DNA from: an uncultured Candidatus Rokubacteria bacterium
GTDB taxonomy: Bacteria; Methylomirabilota; Methylomirabilia; Rokubacteriales; CSP1-6
Length of the DNA: 64,000 nt
Reading direction: 5' to 3'
Assembly: GCA_963789955.1 (NCBI GenBank)
Contig: CAWBMV010000034.1
Coordinates: 544,001 to 608,000, forward strand
The notes beneath the pieces are model-generated. The model saw only the letters and a program-made list of their open reading frames with translations, had not been told where the DNA came from and did not search any database. A program made the position numbers and the translations under genes. Positions within the stretch are counted from its first letter, which is position 1, and the number at the start of each line of letters is the position of its first letter. This document shows positions 1-11,684 of this stretch, one piece after another.

Positions 1-308
1 TGACCTTCACCTGGCTCATGGGGCTGATGGGCTTCGCCCGCTCGGGCATCCGCCAGCACTGGCACGTCTACGGCGTCATGCGCGACAACTCGGTCGACGC
101 GGTCACGCCCGCGATCGGGTACGCGTCCAACATGATCACGGTGGTCACCATCGCGTTCTTCCTGCTCGTGCTGTTCATCTTCTGGCTCGGCGGACTCGGC
201 GAGAAGGGCAAGGCCGAGGCGCACGGCCACGCGGCGCCGGTCATCGCCGGCGGCAGCGACGCCTCGGCGGGGGAGCCGAGAGGGGGGCGGAGCCCCCTTC
301 TCCCATAA
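1..308 (+). CDS. C-terminal part (5'-truncated by window) of a cytochrome bd-like oxidase subunit, Nitrospira/anammox type
   Basis: Frame reads TFTWLMGLMGFARSGIRQHWHVYGVMRD..TP then a TM helix. I recognise this as the conserved C-terminus of Nitrospira-type bd-like (CydA-like) proteins. Cytochrome c genes follow. Confidence 0.7.
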   Translation, partial: TFTWLMGLMGFARSGIRQHWHVYGVMRDNSVDAVTPAIGYASNMITVVTIAFFLLVLFIFWLGGLGEKGKAEAHGHAAPVIAGGSDASAGEPRGGRSPLLP

Positions 309-309
309 A

Positions 310-1108
310 ATGCGACTTCCGGTCGCGGTGAAGGTCGGGGCGTTCGCGCTCGTCGTGATGGGCAGCTACACGTACTACGCGAACTCGATTCCGCAGATCC
401 AGTCGAAGCCTCCCGCAAGAGCTGTCGCTCGAGGGCGGCAACGTCACGACGGCCCAGCTCGTGAAGGCCGGCGAGGAGATCTTCCACACCAAGGGCACCT
501 GCGAGATCTGCCATCGCATCGGCCAGAAGGGAACGCGCGCGCCCGATCTCGCGGGCATCGGCTCGCGCGCGGCCAAGACGAAGCCGGGCATGAGCGCCAA
601 GCAGTACATCATCGAGTCGCTGCTGCAGCCGGGCGCCTACCTCGTCGAGGGCTACCCGAACATCATGCCGCAGATCGACAAGCCGCCGATCGCGCTCAAC
701 CGCTCCGAGCTCTGGGCGCTCACGGCGTTCCTCGAGTCGCAGGGCGGCACGGCCGACGTCAAGCTCGACGACATCCCGAAGACCGCGGGCGCGTCGGCCG
801 CCGGCGGCGCGCCGGCCGAGATCAAGCTGCCGGGCGACCCGAAGGCGGGCGAAGCCGTGTTCACGACGAAGGCCGGCTGCATCGCGTGCCACAAGGCGGG
901 CAAGATCGGCGCCTCGCCGGTCGGCCCCGATCTCTCGCAGATCGCGAAGATCCAGACGCCCGACTACATCATGAAGAAGATCCTGGATCCCGCGGGCTCC
1001 GGGACGGTCGCGGGCTTCCCGAAGGGCGTGATGCCGCCGATGTTCGGCCAGACCCTGACGGCGAAGGAGTATATGGACCTGGTCTCGTTCCTGCTGACGC
1101 TCAAGTGA
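310..1108 (+). CDS. Membrane-anchored diheme cytochrome c (frameshift near 415)
   Basis: N-terminal TM (310 frame) joins the 461..1108 frame, which has CEICH and CIACH and distal Met motifs (NIMP, GVMP). Confidence 0.85.
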
Positions 1109-1112
1109 GGGC

Positions 1113-1866
1113 ATGAACTTCCTCCGCTCGCGCTTCGCCCAGGCGGTCCTCGTCCTCGTGATCGCCTTCGTGATCTTCCGCTTCGGCATCCGGCCGCCGG
1201 CGCCGTGGAGCGTGCTCACGCTCTACATGACGATCGTGCTCCTGGCGGTGCTCGTGTTCGTCTCGTCCGACTCCGACTCGTGGCGCGACTTCATGCGGCC
1301 GATCCGCACGACCCTGGTCGCGCCCGACAAGAAATTCACGCGCCTCGCGCTCCTGGTCATCGTGCCGCTCCTGCTCGGCTACTACGCGTACACGCAGGCC
1401 GCGGCCAAGCCGCAGGCGCCGCCGGAGCTGCGCGCCGTCCATCCCGCGCCGCCCGCGTCGATCCAGTTCCGCGGCAAGGAGATCCAGATCACGGGGTTGG
1501 ACAACCCGCTGCGCAAGGACCAGGCGAGCTTCAAGAAGCACGTGGCGGCCGGAGAAGAGATCTACATCCGCAACTGCATGTACTGCCACGGCGACAACCT
1601 GGATGGGAAAGGGCACTTCGCGCACGGCTTCAATCCGCCGCCGGCGAACTTCCAGGATCCGGGCACGATCGCGATGCTCCAGGAGGCATTTCTCTTCTGG
1701 CGCATCTCGAAGGGCGGACCCGGGCCTGCCCAAGGAGTCCACGCCCTGGAACTCGGTCATGCCGGCGTGGGAAGACCGCCTGACCGAGGAGCAGATCTGG
1801 CAGGTCATCATGTATCTCTACGACGCGACCGGTCAGCAGCCGCGGCGCTGGGAGACCGCGCATTGA
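1113..1866 (+). CDS. Membrane-bound monoheme cytochrome c (frameshift near 1725)
   Basis: Three N-terminal TM segments, CMYCH, then PGLPKESTPWNSVMPAWEDRLTEEQIWQVIMYLY in the shifted frame; stop at 1866. Confidence 0.85.
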
Positions 1867-3315
1867 GGGCCACCGTCCTCGCGGCCGCCGTCGTCGCCCT
1901 CGTCGTTCGCCGCGCCGGCGCTCGTCGGCGCGCAGGCCGGCGACGCGAACGCCGGCAAGGCCGTCTACCAGCTCAAATGCGTCGGCTGTCACGGCGACAA
2001 GGGCGACGGCAAGGGGCCGGCCGCCGAACTCCTCATGCCGCAGCCCCGCGACTTCACCTCGGGCATCTACAAGATCCGGACGACGGCCGGCAAGGCGCCG
2101 TCCGACCAGGACCTCTTCCGATCATCACCGACGGGATGCCCGGCACGTCGATGCCGCCGTGGGCGGTGCTTCCCGAGAAGGACCGCTGGAATCTCGTCGC
2201 GTACATCAAGGCGTTCGCGGCGGACAAGTTCAAGGAAGCGCCCAAGAAGCTCGAGCTGCCCAAGGAAGTCGCCTCGTCGGCGGAGTCGATCAAGCGCGGC
2301 AAGGAGATGTTCGAGGCGATCGAGTGCAACAAGTGCCACGGCACCGACGGGCGCGCCGACGGTCCGTCGCGCGCCGAGCTGAAGGACGAGTGGGGCCATC
2401 CGATCGCGCCGGCCAATCTCACCAAGCGGTGGACGTTCCGCGGCGGCGCGACGCGAACCGAGATCGCCACGCGGCTCGCCGCGGGGGTGCTCGGCACGCC
2501 GATGCCCATCGTTCATCGACAGCGTCGAGAAGCCCGAGGACATCTGGCACCTGACGAACTACATCCTGTCCCTGGGCCCGGACTCGCCGCACTACGCGAC
2601 GCTGGTCACGGTCACCGCCGTGTCGGACGCGATCCCCGACGACCCGAACGCCGACTTCTGGAAGAAGCTCACGCCCAACAACATCCCGCTGATGGGCCAG
2701 GTGATCGTCGATCCGCGGAACTTCAATCCGTCGATCGACCTCGTGTCGGTGCGCGCGGTCTACAACGACAAGGAGATCGCGTTCCACCTGACGTGGGACG
2801 ATCCGACCCAGTCGACCGACGATCCCGCGAAGAAGCTGTTCGCCGACGCGATCTCGCTGCAGTTCCCGCCGCAGCCCTCGTCCGGCACCGAGCGGCCGTA
2901 CTTCCTGATGGGCGACGCCTCGGACGCGGTCTATCTCCTGCGCTGGGAGAACGGCAAGGGCGTGACGGAGTCGACCGCGAACGGTCCGGCGAAGATCGCG
3001 GCGATCCCGGGGGCCGAAGCGGGCGGCAAAGCGGTGTACGCGAACGGCCAGTATCGCCTCGTGATGAAGCGCCCGCTGGTGTCGAAGGACGCCACGCGCC
3101 CGACGTTCTCGCCCGCGGCGTTCATGCCGGTCGCGTTCCAGGCCTGGGACGGCGGAGCAGGGGAGAGCGGGACTCGGATGTCGCTGACATCATGGTACTA
3201 TCTGCGGCTGGAGGAGCCGCAGTCGGGCCGTCGTTTCGTCATTCCTCCAGTCGTAGCCATCCTCACATTGGCGGTGATGTTGCTCGTGGTGCGAGTTGCG
3301 AATAGACGGGCATGA
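1863..3315 (+). CDS. Diheme cytochrome c fused to an EB_dh/DOMON-type heme-b domain with C-terminal TM anchor (alternative NxrC-like architecture); several frameshifts
   Basis: Signal peptide, CVGCH and CNKCH, then ...VRAVYNDKEIAFHLTWDDPT...FADAISLQFP...VAFQAWDG... typical of EbdC/EB_dh domains, then a terminal TM helix. Confidence 0.8.
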
Positions 3316-3340
3316 CCCGAATTCAGGAGGATCAAGGGCA

Positions 3341-4042
3341 ATGCGTAAGGTAATCGGAACGCTTCTGGCGATCGCGCTCGTGACAGGCGTCGCCCTCGTC
3401 GCCAACCGCCCCGGACCGGCCGGAGCGCAGGGCGGCGGCACGATCGAGGCGACGGTGACGTATGCCGGGGCGCCGGTCGTCGAGAAGCTCAAGGTGAACA
3501 AGGACACCGAAAAGTGCGGGACCGAGGCGACGATCGAGAAGGTCGTCGTCGGCGCGAACAAGGGGCTGGCCAACGCCGTCGTGTCCGTTCCGGGCGCCAA
3601 GGGCGGCGCGCCGAAGGCAGTGAAGACGACGGTCGATCAGCACGGCTGCAAGTTCGTGCCGCACGTCAGCGCGATGACGCCGGGCGAGATGGATCTCAAG
3701 AACTCGGACGACATCCTGCACAACATCCATACGTACTCGACCGCGAATCCGTCCATCAACAAGGCCCAGCCGAAGTTCAAGAAGGTGATGGCCGAGAAGT
3801 TCGAGAAGCCGGAGATGATCAAGCTCACCTGCGACGTGCACAGCTGGATGCTCGGGTGGGTCGCCGTGATGCCGAATCCGTTCTTCGGCGTGACCGGCGC
3901 CGACGGCACCGCCAAGATCGAGAACGTCCCGCCCGGCAAGTACACGGTCGAGGTGTGGCACGAGACGCTCGGCAAGCAGACGAAAGAGGTCGAGGTCAAG
4001 GCCGGGCAGCCAACGAAGGTCGCGATCGAGATGAAGAAGTAA
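3341..4042 (+). CDS. Exported cupredoxin-like / carboxypeptidase-regulatory-like domain protein
   Basis: AGGAGG RBS, signal peptide, HNIH and CDVHSWM motifs, C-terminal VPPGKYTVEVWHE beta-sandwich. Confidence 0.75.
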   Translation: MRKVIGTLLAIALVTGVALVANRPGPAGAQGGGTIEATVTYAGAPVVEKLKVNKDTEKCGTEATIEKVVVGANKGLANAVVSVPGAKGGAPKAVKTTVDQHGCKFVPHVSAMTPGEMDLKNSDDILHNIHTYSTANPSINKAQPKFKKVMAEKFEKPEMIKLTCDVHSWMLGWVAVMPNPFFGVTGADGTAKIENVPPGKYTVEVWHETLGKQTKEVEVKAGQPTKVAIEMKK

Positions 4043-4063
4043 GAGCCAGGAGGCTCGGCGAGC

Positions 4064-4762
4064 ATGCTTGACTGGTGGCTGCCGGAGAACGTTTCGACCT
4101 ACGGCCGGGACATCGACTGGCTCTTCCACCTCATCTACTACATCACCGGCGTCACGTTCATCCTGGTCTTCGCCACGATGCTGGCGTTCCTCGTGATGTA
4201 CCGGGACCGTCCGGGGCGGAAGGCGCGCTACACGCACGGCAACACCACGCTCGAGATCGTCTGGACGATCGTGCCGGCGCTGATCCTCGTCATCCTCACG
4301 CTTGCTCAGCGTGCCGGCGTGGTCGAAGATCAAGATGACGATGCCCGCAGACGGACTTCGTCGTGCAGGTGACCGCCAAGCAGTTCAACTGGGAGGTCGA
4401 CCTATCCCGGCGCCGACGGGAAGTTCGGCACCGACGACGACAAGATGCTGCTCGACGAGATGCACGTGCCGGTCAACAAGGTCGATCCGCGTCATCCTGA
4501 AGTCCCAGGACGTCATCCACAGCTTCTTCGTCCCGCAGTTCCGCTTCAAGCAGGACGCCGTGCCCGGCCGCGAGATCCGCGCGTGGTTCGAGGCGACCAA
4601 GCCCGGGCAAGTACGAGTTGCCGTGCGCCGAGCTGTGCGGCTTCGGCCACTCGGGCATGAAGGGCTGGATCTACGTGCACACGCCCGAGGAGTACGGCAA
4701 GTGGGCCGCCGAGAACTTGACGGTCGCGCGGCGGCGCCCGCCGCCGAGCGCGACGATCCTGA
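4064..4762 (+). CDS. ctaC: Cytochrome c oxidase subunit II (frameshifted)
   Basis: Two TMs (LEIVWTIVP), DVIHSFFVP and the CuA motif CAELCGFGHSGM spread over shifted frames. No fused cytochrome c. Confidence 0.9.
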
Positions 4763-4786
4763 GGAGCGAGAGGAGAAAGCCAAGAG

Positions 4787-6578
<1,792 letters not shown>

Positions 6579-6593
6579 TCGAGAGGGCGACCG

Positions 6594-7425
6594 GTGGCCT
6601 ATCGTCTGGCGCTCGCCACCCTGGGCGCCACGTGTGTCCTCATCCTCTTGGGGGGACTGGTCACGAACACGGGCGCCGCGCTGGCGGTGCCCGACTGGCC
6701 GAGCACGTTCGGCTACAACATGGTTCTCTTCCCCTGGTCGAGGATGGTGGGCGGCATCCTCTACGAGCACAGCCATCGGTTGATGGGCGCGCTCGTCGGG
6801 CTGCTCACCCTGGCCCTGGCGGGGGCGCTCTGGCGTGAAGGCGGCCGGCTGCGGCGTCTCGGACTCGTCGCGGTGGCCGCCGTCGTCGCTCAGGGCGTGC
6901 TGGGCGGGCTCCGCGTCGTTCTCCTGCAGGACACGCTCGCGATCTTCCACGGATGCCTCGCCCAGGCGTTCTTCGCGCTGCTGGCGGTGATCGCGCTGCT
7001 GACGGCTCCGGGCGGCCGCGTCGCCGCTTCACCGGTCGAGCCCGCGCTGAAGGGCCTGGCGGTGCTCGCCGCCGTTCTCGTCTACGTGCAGATCGTGTTC
7101 GGCGCGCTCCTGACACACGCCGGACGCATCGACCTGCACCTGGCCGGGGCCGTTCTCGTGTTCGTCCTGGTCCCGATCGTCGCCGCGCAGCTTCGCCGGA
7201 CAGGCGATGCGGTGGCCGCGCCGGTGTCGCGACTCGTCGGCGTTCTGCTCGGCGTTCAGCTCCTGCTCGGCGTCGGCAGCTTCCTGGCGAGGTTCTCGTC
7301 GATCTGGATTCCGGGCGAGCAGCTGACGGTGCACGGCCCTGCCGGTCGCGCACCGGCTGATGGGTAGCCTGATTCTGGCGGCTTGCGTCGTCCTCGCGGT
7401 GAGAGTGAGTGTTGTCGCGGGGTTT
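6594..7425 (+). CDS. ctaA: Heme A synthase (COX15/CtaA). Frameshift near 7335; the last helix is in frame with ctaB, so the end is uncertain.
   Basis: GGLVTNTGAALAVPDWP, EHSHRL, QGVLGGLRV, HGCLAQ, AHRLMG motifs. Confidence 0.88.
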
Positions 7426-7566
7426 GTTGTAGCGGGGGCGGGTCGACCGTGCAGCGAGCCGTCCATGAGGCCGCCGGCCGAAGGGTTGTCCGCCGAAACG
7501 CGAGCCGGCTCGCGTCTCTGCAGGCCACCCTCGGTCGAGCTGGCGCGTCGCGGACCCCGCTACAAC
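7426..7566. repeat. 141-bp REP-doublet/MITE-like element with 12-bp terminal inverted repeats GTTGTAGCGGGG...CCCCGCTACAAC
   Basis: Perfect TIRs at 7426-7437 and 7555-7566. The right half is the reverse complement of the repeat unit at 47276-47341. Confidence 0.8.
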
Positions 7567-7587
7567 CGATGCGATGGGGACCTTGCC

Positions 7588-8514
7588 ATGACTCCACCCA
7601 CGCTCGAAACCGCGCGCGTCGGCGCGGACGCCGTCGTCGTCGGACTGGCGCGCGAACGCCTCCGGGTCGCCGCCGATCTGCTCGCCCTGACGAAGCCGCG
7701 CGTCGTCCTCATGGTGCTGGTGACAACCGTCGTCGGGTACTACGTCGGGCTGACGGGCGCGCCGGACTACGTTCGGCTCGTGCACCTGCTGATCGGCACG
7801 ATGCTGGCGGCCGGCGGCACGCTCGCGCTCAATCAGTACTGGGAGCGCGACGTCGACGCCCGGATGAATCGCACGCGCGTGCGTCCGCTCCCGGACGGTC
7901 GGCTCTCGCCGCTCGAGGCGCTCGTCTTCGCCACCGCCGTCACGGTCGCCGGCCTCGGCTACCTCGGCGCGTTCGTGGGAGGCCTGGCGCTGCTGGTGAC
8001 CGCGGCGACGACCGTGCTGTATCTCTTCGCCTACACGCCGCTCAAGCTCCGGACGCCGCTCTGCACGATCATCGGCGCGGTACCGGGCGCGCTGCCGCCG
8101 GTGACGGGGTGGGTGGCCTCGCGCGAAGGCTTCGGCCTGGGCGCCTGGGTGCTGTTCGGGATCCTGTTCCTGTGGCAGCTGCCGCACACCCTGGCGATCG
8201 CGCGTCTCTACCGCGACGACTACGCGCGCGCGGGTGTCCGTCTGCTGCCGGTGGTCGACGTCGACGGAACCTCGACCGAGCGGCAGATCGTCACCGGCTG
8301 CCTCGCGTTGCTCGCGGTCAGCCTGCTGCCGACCTTGATCGGCCTGGCGGGCCCGTTCTACTTCGTCGGCGCCTTCGTGCTCGGCGCGGCGTTCGTCGCG
8401 CTCGGCGCGCGTCAGGCGCTCGCGCCGTCACAGGGCTCGGCCCGGCGCGTCCTGTATGCGTCGTTGCTCTACCTGCCGATCCTGTTAGCGCTGCTCGCGT
8501 TCGACAAGGTATGA
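7588..8514 (+). CDS. ctaB: Protoheme IX farnesyltransferase (heme O synthase)
   Basis: LTKPRV, NQYWERDVDARMNRTRVRPLP, YTPLKLRT, GAVPGALPP, LFLWQLPH motifs. Confidence 0.95.
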   Translation: MTPPTLETARVGADAVVVGLARERLRVAADLLALTKPRVVLMVLVTTVVGYYVGLTGAPDYVRLVHLLIGTMLAAGGTLALNQYWERDVDARMNRTRVRPLPDGRLSPLEALVFATAVTVAGLGYLGAFVGGLALLVTAATTVLYLFAYTPLKLRTPLCTIIGAVPGALPPVTGWVASREGFGLGAWVLFGILFLWQLPHTLAIARLYRDDYARAGVRLLPVVDVDGTSTERQIVTGCLALLAVSLLPTLIGLAGPFYFVGAFVLGAAFVALGARQALAPSQGSARRVLYASLLYLPILLALLAFDKV

Positions 8515-8610
8515 CCAGCGACGCGCGGAACCGGCAAATCCTGCAAGATCATCCTGACGATCGTCGGGGCGCTCATCGTCTCGTCGTTCCTCGTCGGAAT
8601 TCGCTGGTGA
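8511..8610 (+). CDS. Very small single-TM protein (about 32 aa, one frameshift)
   Basis: ATGA overlap with the ctaB stop; reads MTSDARNRQIL..IILTIVGALIVSSFLVGIRW; its stop overlaps the next GTG. Confidence 0.5.
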
Positions 8611-9270
8611 CGACGCTCACCGTCGAGCGCCCGCGGCGGGCCAACGGACGCGTTCCGCCGACTCCACCGCCGACCGGCGGGGGCGACGGCTTCGAGCGCG
8701 AGCCGGGACCGCGCCGGCCGCTCCTCGACAACGTCCGGCTGGCGATGCTGTTCCTGATCTGCGGCGGAGGTCATGTTCTTCGGAGGCCTCGTCTCGGCGT
8801 TCCTGGTTCTGCGGGTGAGCGCCGCGCAGTGGCCGCCTCCGTTGCAGCCGCGCCTGCCGGTCGGCGTGACCGGCGTCAACACCTTGGTCCTGCTCGCCTC
8901 GAGCGTCGCCATGGTCGCGGCGATCCGCGCGCTCGAACGGCACGACTCGAGGGCGCTCGTGCGACGCCTGCTGATCGCCGGCGGGCTCGGCGCCGCGTTC
9001 CTGCTCGTGCAGGGCTACGAGTGGATTCGCCTCGTCAGCTACGGGCTCACGATGGCATCGGGCGCCTACGGGACGACCTTCTATACCGTGATCGGAACGC
9101 ACGCGGCGCACGTGGTCGCGGCGGTCGTCTGGGTCGGCGTCACCGTGATGCTCGCCGCCCGCGACCGTTTCCTCGACGGCCGGGCGGGCGCCTTGCGCGC
9201 GTGCGCGATCTACTGGCACTTCGTCGTCGCGCTGTGGCCGATTCTCTACGTGGCGGTGTACGTCGTATGA
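8607..9270 (+). CDS. ctaE: Cytochrome c oxidase subunit III family protein (copy 1; frameshift near 8765)
   Basis: LAMLFLI..E.MFFGGLVSAF, NTLVLLASS, QGYEW, FYTVIGTHAAHV, YWHFVVALW. Confidence 0.88.
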
Positions 9271-9494
9271 AGATCATGGCGGTGGCCGGGCTGGCTTCGA
9301 TCGCGACGCCGAGGGCGGCGCTGGCGTGCGCGACGTGCATCAGCTCGCCGTTCGGCGATCAGTCGTACAACTGGCCCTATCTCGGACTCATCCTGTTGCC
9401 GTTCGGTCTGATCGTCGCGATCGTCGGCATCCTCGGATATCACGCCTACTTCGGCGCCAAGGAAGACCCTCGGATCATCAAGGAGACGACATGA
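9267..9494 (+). CDS. Small membrane protein with ACxxC motif
   Basis: MKIMAVAGLASIATPRAALACATCISSPFG... plus one TM helix; ATGA coupling at both ends. Confidence 0.65.
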   Translation: MKIMAVAGLASIATPRAALACATCISSPFGDQSYNWPYLGLILLPFGLIVAIVGILGYHAYFGAKEDPRIIKETT

Positions 9495-10108
9495 GTCAGG
9501 CAGCCGCGATACACGGGGCGGTCGAGCCCGCCGAATCGCCGGTCACCCCAGAGAGCTGGGGAAAGCTCGGGATGTGGATCTTCCTGGCGGGCGACGCCGT
9601 CGGTTTCGGGACCTTGCTCGCCGGCTACGGCGCGATGCGGGCGACCAGCGCCGACTGGCCGTCGCCGTACGACGTCCTCGGCATCAACCTGACCGCCCTG
9701 ATGACCTTCCTGCTCATCTGCTCGAGCGTGACGATGGTGAAGGCGCTCGAGTGGCTCGGCAAGGGGGACAAGGGCCGCGCTCAGAATTATCTCTTCTATA
9801 CGGCGCTCGGCGGCGCGATCTTCGTGAGCCTCCAGGCCTACGAGTGGACGCACCTGATCCATCGCGGCCTGCATATCAACGGCAACCCGTGGGGCGCCTC
9901 GCTCTTCGGCACGTCGTTCTTCCTGGTGACGGGCTTCCACGGCTTGCACGTGACCGGCGGCGTCATCTATCTGCTCTCGATCCTGCGAGTCGTCGCGCGG
10001 CGCCCGTCGCCGGCGGCGAGCTACAACGCGGTCGAGATCGCCGGCCTGTACTGGCACTTCGTCGACCTCGTCTGGATCATGGTGTTCACCTTCATGTACC
10101 TCCTGTAG
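9491..10108 (+). CDS. ctaE: Cytochrome c oxidase subunit III family protein (copy 2)
   Basis: GKLGMWIFLAGD, TFLLICSSVTM, QAYEW, TGFHGLHV, GLYWHFVDLVW. Confidence 0.92.
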   Translation: MSQAAAIHGAVEPAESPVTPESWGKLGMWIFLAGDAVGFGTLLAGYGAMRATSADWPSPYDVLGINLTALMTFLLICSSVTMVKALEWLGKGDKGRAQNYLFYTALGGAIFVSLQAYEWTHLIHRGLHINGNPWGASLFGTSFFLVTGFHGLHVTGGVIYLLSILRVVARRPSPAASYNAVEIAGLYWHFVDLVWIMVFTFMYLL

Positions 10109-10120
10109 GGGGTCGAAGCG

Positions 10121-10447
10121 ATGGCGAGCGAGCACAAGCATCCGAACTACATGGCGATCTTCTGGTATCTCGCGATCCTCACCGTGGTCGAGATCGCGGT
10201 GATCTACCTGCCGCTGGGGAAATTCACGATCGGCGTGCTGCTGTGCGCCCTGGCTCTCACCAAGGCGACGATGGTCGCGATGTATTTCATGCACCTCAAG
10301 TTCGAGACGCGGACTCTCGGCCTGGTCGCCATCACGCCGCTCGCGATCGCCACCTTGCTGATCTTCGTGCTGCTGCCGGACGGATTCGCCGTCATGAAGC
10401 GGACGGCCGACGTCAAGGCGGCCACGACCGAGCCCGCGAAGCACTGA
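10121..10447 (+). CDS. Cytochrome c oxidase subunit IV family protein
   Basis: Three TMs; LAILTVVE and KATMVAMYFMHLKFE motifs. Confidence 0.88.
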   Translation: MASEHKHPNYMAIFWYLAILTVVEIAVIYLPLGKFTIGVLLCALALTKATMVAMYFMHLKFETRTLGLVAITPLAIATLLIFVLLPDGFAVMKRTADVKAATTEPAKH

Positions 10448-10478
10448 GTGCGCGGCCCAGACGCCGGCAGCGGGAGCG

Positions 10479-10847
10479 ATGGAATCGCAGCGACTGGCCG
10501 ACCGCGTCACGCGGGCCCTGGGCCGGGCGATCCGCTTGCGCTGTCCGCGCTGCGGGGCGACGCCGCTCTTCCGCGGCTGGTTCCGGATGGCGGAGTCGTG
10601 CGCGCTGTGCGGACTCCGGTTCGAGCGGGCGCAGGGCTACTTCGTCGGCGCGATCTACATCAACTACGCGGTGACGACGCTCATCGCGGTCGGCGGGTTC
10701 TTCCTGCTGTGGGGCCAGTTCGGGCTCTCCACGCAGGCTCAGCTCCTCGTGCTGGTGCCGATCGTGGTCGTGTTCCCGCTGTGGTTCTTCCGCTACAGCC
10801 GGAGCTTCTGGCTCGCGCTGGAGTGGTCGCTCAACAGCGAGCCCTGA
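10479..10847 (+). CDS. DUF983-family membrane protein
   Basis: CPRCG...CALCG zinc-ribbon-like N-terminus, two TMs, YSRSFWLAL. Confidence 0.75.
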   Translation: MESQRLADRVTRALGRAIRLRCPRCGATPLFRGWFRMAESCALCGLRFERAQGYFVGAIYINYAVTTLIAVGGFFLLWGQFGLSTQAQLLVLVPIVVVFPLWFFRYSRSFWLALEWSLNSEP

Positions 10848-10870
10848 CCGCCGCCGCGGCCTTCGGCCTC

Positions 10871-11591
10871 ATGATCCTGGTCGCGACGCCGGCCGGCGCC
10901 TACGAGGTCGCCGCCGTCCAGGACGGCGGCACGATCACCGGCACCGTGAAGTTCGTCGGCGCGCTGCCGAAGCTCGACCCGATCCCCGTCAGCAAGAACC
11001 GCGACGTGTGCGGCGAGCGCAAGGCGTCGGAGGCGCTCGTGCTGTCCGCCGAGAGGGGTGTCAAGGGCGGCGTCGTGCTGATCGCGGGCGTGGCGCGCGG
11101 CAAGAAGCGCGGCCGGCGACGTGGTGCTGGACAACAGCCAGTGCGTCTTCGTGAGCCACGTGACGGCGGCCGCGCTGACGGAGCGGGTGTCGATCCGGAA
11201 CTCCGACCCGATTCTCCACAACACCCACGGCTTTCGCGGCACGCCGACCGCGTTCAACGTCGCGCTGCCGACGAAGGGTCAGATGATCGAGGTCACGAAG
11301 TATCTCAAGAGCCCGGGCGTGATCCGCGTGCTGTGCGACGCGCATCCGCACATGTTCGCGTGGCTGATCGTGCACGACAGCCCGTACTTCGCCGTCACCG
11401 ACGACCAGGGCACGTTCAGCATCGGCGACGTCCCGCCGGGGACCTACAAGGTCACGATGTGGCACGCCGGCTTCCGGCCCAGGGGCGCCGACAAGGACGG
11501 CCGGCGGACCTATGACGAGCCGCGGACCGTGACGCGCGAGATCACGGTCGCGCCGAAGGCGACCGCGACGGTCGACTTCGAGCTGAAGTAG
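10871..11591 (+). CDS. Second exported cupredoxin-like / carboxypeptidase-regulatory-like protein (frameshift near 11108; start approximate)
   Basis: Paralogous to 3341..4042: NSDPILHNTH, CDAHPHM, VPPGTYKVTMWH. Confidence 0.75.
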
Positions 11592-11684
11592 CAGGCATTC
11601 GGTGGTGCGCGCGGCGAGTCGTCGCGGGGCGGGGGCCCGCCGGCCGACGCGCGCGTATAGCGCGTATAGATAGAGGGGGACTTC

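Noticed and set aside
278..302. GC hairpin in the 3' end of the first ORF as a terminator
   Set aside because: It lies inside coding sequence just before the next start codon and has no U-tract. It may be a small REP-like insertion, but a single copy is not enough to call.
1113..3305. Single 730-aa multiheme fusion from the ORF track
   Set aside because: Produced by frameshifts. Reconstruction gives two genes with a stop at 1866 and a new signal peptide at 1863.
1863..3315. Calling this nitrite oxidoreductase subunit NxrC and inferring nitrite oxidation
   Set aside because: No molybdopterin NxrA or Fe-S NxrB gene is in the window. The EB_dh domain alone does not establish the pathway.
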